Shown here: positions 8,047-15,300 of the stretch, piece by piece | Layout of the letters: every line of letters starts with the position of its first letter | How positions within the stretch are numbered: the stretch's first letter is position 1 | From: Demequinaceae bacterium | GTDB taxonomy: Bacteria; Actinomycetota; Actinomycetes; Actinomycetales; Demequinaceae | Assembly (NCBI GenBank): GCA_965250005.1 | Contig: OZ252279.1 | Span: 900,001 to 932,000, forward strand | Length of the DNA: 32,000 nt | Direction of reading: 5' to 3' | Position numbers and translations under genes: made by a program | The notes under the pieces: generated by a model | The model's input: only the letters and a program-made list of their open reading frames with translations | Told to the model about the DNA's origin: nothing | Databases searched by the model: none

Positions 8047-8969
8047 CCCGCTTCATTGACGAGCACAAGGGTCGTTTCGGGGTTGAGCTCATCTGCCGGG
8101 TGTTACGCGTGGCGGTTCGTGGATTTGTCACCTCGCGCGGTTATCGCGCCGCTAAGACGCGTCCACCGTCCGTGCGTGCCCTGCGTGATGGTCTGCTTGT
8201 GTCCGAGGTGGTCCGGTTGCATGCAGAGAACTACGGCGTGTACGGGAGGCGGAAAATGCATGCGCTGCTGAAGCGGCAAGGCTGGCAGGTTGGGCGGGAC
8301 CAGACCGAGCGACTCATGCGCTTGGCAGGTGTTCGGGGTGTGAAACGCTCGAAGAAAGTGTTTACGACCAAGAGTGATCCTGCTGCCGCCAAGCCGCAGG
8401 ATCTTGTGCAACGCCGGTTCACTGCACCAGCACCGCGCCGTTTGTGGGTCGCGGACATCACCTACGTCGCGACCTGGTCCGGTTTCGCTTACGTCGCGTT
8501 CGTCACCGACGTCTACTCACGCAGGATCGTCGGATGGAACGTCGCATCGACCCTGCAGACTGACATCCTGCCTTTGCGGACGCTCGACATGGCCGCCTGG
8601 GACGCGGCAGGCGACCTCGCTGGCCTCGTCCATCATGCCGACCACGGCTCAAACTATTTGGCTACGGTCTACACCGACCGCGTCATCGAGCTCGGTGCGA
8701 AACCTTCCACCGGCTCGGTCGGCGACTCATATGACAATGCCCTCGCCGAGGCCATCAACGGCCTCTACAAAACAGAACTCATCCGCCAGCAAGGGCCCTG
8801 GCGCACCGTCGAACAAGTCGAGTTCGCGACCCTCGAATACGTGTGGTGGTGGAACAACAAACGACTCCACGGCGAACTCGACATGCACACCCCCGTCGAG
8901 ATCGAACAGGCGTACTACGCTGGCCAAGAATCAACCCAACCGGCATCCGCCGGACAGGGAAACACCTAG
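8043..8969 (+). CDS. IS3-family transposase OrfB (DDE integrase core, rve domain); probably made as an OrfAB fusion
   Basis: 308-aa ORF: FGVELICRVL, WVADITYV, HHADHGSNYLA, DNALAEAINGLYKTE, NNKRLHGEL. It is in the -1 frame relative to orfA, and that frame is open from 7986. Confidence 0.9.
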   Translation: MTRFIDEHKGRFGVELICRVLRVAVRGFVTSRGYRAAKTRPPSVRALRDGLLVSEVVRLHAENYGVYGRRKMHALLKRQGWQVGRDQTERLMRLAGVRGVKRSKKVFTTKSDPAAAKPQDLVQRRFTAPAPRRLWVADITYVATWSGFAYVAFVTDVYSRRIVGWNVASTLQTDILPLRTLDMAAWDAAGDLAGLVHHADHGSNYLATVYTDRVIELGAKPSTGSVGDSYDNALAEAINGLYKTELIRQQGPWRTVEQVEFATLEYVWWWNNKRLHGELDMHTPVEIEQAYYAGQESTQPASAGQGNT

Positions 8970-8996
8970 GAACTAAACCCAGGCCAAATCACTTGC
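8966..8996. repeat. Right terminal inverted repeat of the IS3-family element
   Basis: Reverse complement matches 7683-7713 at 27 of 31 positions. Overlaps the orfB stop codon (8967-8969). Confidence 0.75.
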
Positions 8997-9075
8997 TACA
9001 AAAAGCGAGCCAACGCCTGTTGCCTCCAGTTTTGGAAGTTCCGCATGGCCGCATGGCCGCAGCTACGCGGTGTTA

Positions 9076-9351
9076 TCAGTCGCCAGTGTCGAACGTCCGA
9101 GGCGGATCTTGGCGCAGCAGCAGGTACGCAGCTGCAACCGAATCCGCGAGAACTGGCGCCGCACCGGGATACTCAGCCTCGACAACCCGCATCACGGCTC
9201 CAGCCGACTCCGCCCCTCGAACAGCACTGGCAAGTCGGTTCGCTTCCGAATCGTACTCGTCCAGAGGTGCAGACACTGTGCGCCCCATGTCCGCCGGGTC
9301 AACCAGGTAAAGAAGGCGGCTTACCAAGCGCGCGAAATTGTCCATGGGCAA
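9076..9351 (-). CDS. Putative cognate immunity protein of the RHS C-terminal toxin
   Basis: Small ORF starting 13-19 nt after the RHS stop. GGGAGG (complement of 9356-9361) lies immediately after that stop. The start is TTG 9351 or ATG 9345 (MDNFARLVSRLLYLVDPADMGRTVSAPLDEYDSEANRLA...). The call rests on position and size. I did not recognise a family with certainty. Confidence 0.55.
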   Translation of the reverse strand: MPMDNFARLVSRLLYLVDPADMGRTVSAPLDEYDSEANRLASAVRGAESAGAVMRVVEAEYPGAAPVLADSVAAAYLLLRQDPPRTFDTGD

Positions 9352-9363
9352 ACTGCCTCCCTA

Positions 9364-12300
9364 TTAGGCATCATTAAGGATACTCAGAATCTTCGACTCG
9401 AACTCAGCTCTGGTCCAAACTGTCACGACCGCCCCCGATTGATCGAGTACGACAGCGGCCTGGTCTGTCAAGTAGAGGTACTTTCCGTTGGATTGCTGGA
9501 GGACCACGCGCGGCGAGCGCACCGTTTCAACGATCAGCGAAGGCGACGCGCCCCGTTCGATTGCGCGATTGAGAAAGTGAAATGGGTCCTTCGGGTTCGC
9601 GTGGGATATACCTGTGATGTTTAGGAACGGCGGCTGGACCACCTTGCTCGTTCCGTTCGCATACATCTGCCCTAGATTTCGCGGGGCGTAGAGCGCGGTC
9701 TTAGCAAGAGTGTCAACGATAACTCCGTCGGAGCCCGCGATGAACCGAGCGGCTGGCTGCGTGGTAACGGCACCGCCAGGCACCGCCGCCGCCGCAGGAC
9801 GCGCGACGCTAGCGACGCGTGCGGCTTCCGCTATGCGGGCGGCTTCGGCGACTCGCGAAACTTCGACAGTGCGAACAAGTTGGGCGGTTCGTGCTGTCGC
9901 AGCTGCGACCTCGACGCCTCGAGCAACCCTTGTGCCAGCAGCGGCCAGGCCTCCAGGGACGAAGAACAACCCAGCTAGCGCTACCCCCTCGCCGACGCCT
10001 TGACCACACTTATCAAACTGGCCATCCCGGCACGCATCCAGAGTCGGGCCGAACGTGTAGTCCCGGTAGACTTGATATCCGCTGTCCCAGTAATCGCCGA
10101 TGGACGCATCCCCGGAGAACACGTCCTCCAGAACGTCATTGTGTTCTATCGCCCTAAGTGCCAACCCCATCGCCAAGTCTCGCGCCTCGTCGCGTGCCTC
10201 CTGGGAACACGTCTGCATGCCGGACCACCCGCCGGCAATGCACTTCACATTCTCCACCAGCATTGGGTAGGGGGTGAGGCCTGCAAGTACCTTTCCAACA
10301 CCAATAGCCCCATTTCTCAGAAAGGTGACCGCGTTGTAGACAACCAGGCTCTCGTTCTCCACCCGAATGGCGAGCTGCTCTGCTTCCCACTTCAGATGAA
10401 TGTCTTGACGCTCCAACGCCTTCAGGTAATCTTCGTGAGCTTCCCGATAGGCCTTAGCCTCACGCTCGTAAACAGCTTGCTGGAAGTGAACACCACCCAC
10501 ACCGGTTGCCATTTGGCTCGCAATCGGCGCCAACACGGCTCTGACCGCTGGATCCAAGTTCGCGGTCAAGTTGTTGTAGATCTTCAACATGTCCGCGGCC
10601 GACGTGCCCTGCAAGTGGTTGACCGCAACACCGTAGAGGTTTCCAAGTGAACCCAACGCAGACTGCAACTGTGCATTCAACGCCGCCAACTGTTGTGCCC
10701 GCAGTGCGGCTGCTGCGCGAAAGAATCCGAGGATGTCGATATATGTTTCGGGGGCACCCTCAACATAGGTGTACCGGTTCAGGGACGATGCACGTGTGAC
10801 CGTGCCGCGGTAGCGGTCATCCTGGACCCACACCCGAGAACCAATGTCATAAGACCTCGACGCAAACTCGAGCAACCCTGCCGTATCGACTTGACCGGTG
10901 AACCCCGTCACCGTGTCTTGGGACGTGTCTGTCAGCAGGTCACCGAAGTCACCGTAGAGCGCAAGATCCGCAGAAATCACCCCATCAGAGGCGGTCGTCA
11001 CAGCCGATCCCAGCAGGTCCGCCAGCACATCCACCGTCTGGATCGAGGTCGTGGCGTTCTTGCCCTTGCCCGACGTCACCATCGTGGCCTCAAACAACAC
11101 CGCACCACCCGGGCCACGTGTGAGCTGCGTGTCGCCGTCACGGACCACTGAAAGCCCGTCATACAGGCGGGTGCGGTCCGTGCCGTCTTCAGACACCTCA
11201 AGAGCCCGGCCAATACCGTCACGGCCATAAGCCACGTCCGTGTCGCCACCGGCTACTGAACTGACCAGATCGCGACCATCATACGTATACGCCACATCGG
11301 AAACCGTGTGCGTCTTCTTACCCGACGTCGTGGTCGTCAACGCCTGCGTGCGGTTACCCCGTGCGTCATACGTGTACGCCGTGGTCTCCGTCTTGGACGC
11401 CGGCATCACGGCCGGGTCCATCGCAGATGACGTCAGTTGGTTGATCGCGTTCACAGAGCGGGTGACGGTGTAACCGTCGTTCTTCTTGTTGGTCGACAGG
11501 TCCTCAGAGACCGCCTCAAACACCATGTTCGAGGCCGCATCCCACCCATAGGACGCCACATAGTCACCAGTGACGGACTCCGTCAAACGACCCAGCTCAT
11601 CATGCGTGTAGTCCGTGAGCGTGGATGCCTCATCCGTGGACAGCTCCCGCTCGTCCACCAGGCCACGCGCGTCATACGCATACTCGAACGCCAACGTCCC
11701 AGTCGAACAACCCGCAGGCTGCTGATTCGGGTGACCATTACCGTTGTCCTTGCAATGCCCAAACGCATTCCCCGGAGCCATCGAAGACGGATTCACCTCA
11801 CCCGAAGGCAACTTATTACCCACAACACCCTCACCGGCGTGAACAATCGCCGTCACCCGACCCACCAGGTCGCGCGAAATCTCTGTCTCCACACCCGACG
11901 GGCGGAGGATACCGACCAAGGCACCAACCTCGTCGTAACCAAACGCGGCGACACCGTTCGCATCCGACTGCGACACCGCAAGGTTGCGCGCATCGTACGT
12001 GCGCAGCAGCGAGCGGCCATCGTCGTACGCCACCCGCGTCTGATTGCCTGCGAGGTCGTACTGGTTCGTGTTCTTCTGGCCAAGCGCGTCCACGGCGACC
12101 GTGACCCGTGAGGCCCAGTCGTACGTCCACGACGAGGTGCCGAGATCGTCGGTCATCGACGTGCGGTTGCCCAGCGCGTCAAAGCCGGATGTCACCGTCT
12201 GGTCCGGATACGCGACCTCAACCGCGTAGCCATCAGCCGAGAACGTGGTGGCCGTCACCGAACCGTCCGGTGCGGTCACCACGGACGGGCGGCCCAGGGC

Positions 12301-15300
12301 GTCGAAGTCGACGGTGCTGGTTTGACCGAGCGCGTCTGTTTCTGTCTCCACGCGGCCGAGCGCGTCGCGCACAAACGTCGTGGCGTTGCCGCGCGGGTCG
12401 ACTGTCGCGACTGCGTCGCCGCGGGCGTCGTAGCTCACCGAGGTCGTCACGTTGACGGACTCGCTGGACGGCTCGGCCGGCAAGAAGTTCTCGACTGTCT
12501 CGGTCAGGAGGTTGCGCACGTCATAGGTGAAGTGGGTAGCGATACCCGAGGGGTCTATCGCTTCGGTGATGTTGCCTGCCGTGTCGTACGCCTGCGTGCG
12601 GGTTTCGCCTTCGGCGTTGGTGGTTGACACGAGCCTGTTCATCACGTCATAGACGAACCCGGTGGTCCCACCGCGGGCGTCCGTCGTTGACAGGCGGTTG
12701 CCGCCCGCGTCGTAGGTTGCGGTCGTGGCGAAGCCTGCTGCGTCGAGGACGAGCGTCGGGCGACCAAGCGCGTCATATGTGACGGCGGTGGTGTTTCCTC
12801 GGGCGTCGGTCGTGGCGACTTCGCGTCCCAGGGCGTCGCGCGCGGTCTCAGTACGGCCGCCGTCAGGGAGCACCGTAGCAATCGCGCGGCCTGCGGCGTC
12901 GTATTCGGTGGCAAGGACATCGCCGAGCGCGTTGGTGATTGAGGTGGTGTTTCCGTTGGCGTCGTAGCCGTACTGGCTTGTGGCGCCTTCGGGAGTGGTC
13001 ATGGTGACCATACGCTGCATGGCGTCGTAGGTGTACGCGGTGGTGTCGCCTAGGGCGTTGGTGGATGTAATCATCTGTCCGAGCGCGTCGTAGGCGAAAG
13101 TGCTCTGGGAGCCGACGGCGTTGACCACGGCGACGGGGCGCGAGGCCGCATCGTATTGCGCTGTTGAACGGGCGCTGAGGGGGTCAACCGAAGCCGTGAC
13201 GTTGCCGCGCGAGTCGTACTCGGTGAGCCAGCGTTCACCCGCGGTATCAACGCTCGCGACCTGAAGGCCACGCGCGTCGTATTCGTAGGACATCGCGTTG
13301 CCGCGCTGATCGGTTGACGTCACCTTCAGGCCACCGGCGTCGTAGACGTTGCTGGCGGTGGTGCCATCCGCGAACGTCGATCCGACCGGACGCCCGAGCG
13401 AGTCGTACGTAAGGGACGTAGTCTGGCCGAGCGCGTTTGTGGTGGACGTGCGCGCACCGATTGCGTCGTAGGTGAACGTCGTGGCGCCAGCCAGCGCATC
13501 CGTCAGGCCGACTATGCGCGACAGTGCGTCATAGGTCGCCTCAGTCCGGTTCCCTAGTGGGTCCACCGTTGCGGTCGCGTTGCCTAGCGCATCAAATTCG
13601 GTGGCCCATGTGCCGCCAAGGGTGTCTGTGCGCGACACCATGCGGTCCAGCGGGTCAAGCAGGTAGGTCTCCGTGAAGCCGCGCTGGTTGGTAAACGAGG
13701 TCACGTTGCCGTTGGCGTCGTATCCGTACGCCACTGCGGCGGTGTCCGGGGTGGTGACCGTGACCATGCGCCCCATCACGTCAAATGCGTACTCGACCGT
13801 GTTGCCGAGCGCGTTCGTCGCAGACGTCATCTGCCCTGCAGCGTCGTATGTGAACGCGGTGCGTGCGCCCACCTGGTCGGTGGTCGCTACCCGGCGCGAG
13901 AGTGCGTCGTAGTCAAACTCGGTCCGCCCGCCGGCGGGGTCGATGTTCGCCACTAGGTTCCCGCGCGAGTCGTACTCGGACAGCCAGCGTTCGCCGGCCT
14001 CGTCCACCATCGCCGTTTGCATGCTGCGGGCGTCGTACTCGTAGGCGGTAGCGAATCCGCGCGTCCCCACCGTCCCGACCGCTAGACCGCGGGCGTTGTA
14101 CGTGGTGCTGGCCGTGGAGCCGTCCGGGTACGTGGTGCGGGTGAGGCGACCGAGCGCGTCGTACGCGTAGTTGACGGCGTTGCCGTTCTTGTTTGTCTCC
14201 GAGGTGGCGCGGCCTACCGCGTCGAACGTGAAGGTCGCGTGAGCGCCGAGCGCGTCAGTGGTCGCGACCAGGCGCGAAAGCGCATCGTATTCGATTTCCG
14301 TGCGGTTGCCGAGCGCGTCAACCGTCGCGGTCGTGTTGCCAAGCGCGTCGTATTCGGTGCGCCAAAGGTTGCCGAGCGCGTCGGTCATGGAAACCTCGCG
14401 ACCGAGCGCGTCCAGTTGATACGTCTGCGTGAAGCCGCGAGCGTTAGTGGCCGACACGAGCCGGCCGTTCGCGTCGTAACTGTAGAAGCGGGTCTCGCCG
14501 TCCGGCGTGGTCACCGACTCCAGTCGGCCCATCGCGTCGTAACTGTAACTCGACGTGCGGCCAAGCGCATCCGTTTGGCTCCCAGCGGCACCGCCGGGTA
14601 GGTACGTGACAGTGTCGGAATTGCCGAGTGCGTCGGTGAACGTCACCGGGCGCGACATGGCGTCGAACGCGGTCGCGTTGCGCGCGCCGCTTGGGTCGAT
14701 TGCTGCGACGGGGTTGCCAATCGCGTCGTATTCCGTGAGCCACCGCTCGCCTGCCTCGTCCACCATGACGGTGGCGCGGCCCAGGCCGTCGTACTCCCAC
14801 GTGCGGCTCGTGCCGTCCGGGTTGGTCTGCGCGACCATGCGGTGCTCCGCGTCGTACGCGTACTCCATGCGTGAGCCGTCGGCGCGGTTCGCTGCGGTGA
14901 GCTGGAGGTTGACGTTGTATTCGTAGGTTGCTGTTTCGCCAGCCTCGTTAGTTTCACTCACGAGCGAGTCGTTGACGTCATAAACAAACGTGGCGACGCC
15001 GCCGAGGGCGTCGAGGGTGCTGATCAGGTTATCGGCAGCGTCGTACGCAAGAGTGGTCAGGGCGCCCTTCGCGTCGGTGACCGACGTGAGGCGGTTCGCC
15101 AGGTCGTACGTACGTGCCGTGACGTGGCCCAGCGCATCCGTAGAGGTGACAGAGTTTCCCCGCCAGTCGTAGGCCATAGTGGTCACGCCGCCGGTCGCAT
15201 CCGTGATGCTTGTCATATCGCCGTGCGCGTCGAAGGACGCATACGTGACGGTGCCGTCGGGCAAGTGAGTCTCGGTGGCGCGGCCGTCCTCGTTGAGGAC

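Larger units (their letters stand above)
7683..8996 (+). mobile_element. IS3-family insertion sequence (about 1.31 kb) with orfA/orfB in a -1 frameshift arrangement
   Basis: 31-bp imperfect terminal inverted repeats, 27/31 matching. IRL is 7683-7713 GCAACTGATTTGGCCTGGGTTTTGTTCCGAC. The reverse complement of IRR (8966-8996) is GCAAGTGATTTGGCCTGGGTTTAGTTCCTAG. An internal TG...CA pair sits at 7688/8991. orfA and orfB overlap with orfB in the -1 frame. The DDE/rve domain is present. Confidence 0.85.

Noticed and set aside
9043-9062. Tandem duplication GCATGGCC-GCATGGCC between the IS end and the immunity gene
   Set aside because: Only two copies of 8 bp. It could be a slippage product or chance in GC-rich DNA, and no function can be supported.
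9070-9624. 184-aa plus-strand ORF over the toxin tip and immunity gene
   Set aside because: It is antisense to both the RHS 3-prime end and the immunity ORF, has no RBS or recognisable motifs, and disagrees with the operon logic.
12930-14765. Regularly spaced repeats that might suggest a CRISPR array or VNTR
   Set aside because: The periodicity (about 756 bp, plus about 60 bp YD units) lies within one intact reading frame and is conserved at the protein level. There are no short identical direct repeats separated by unique spacers.
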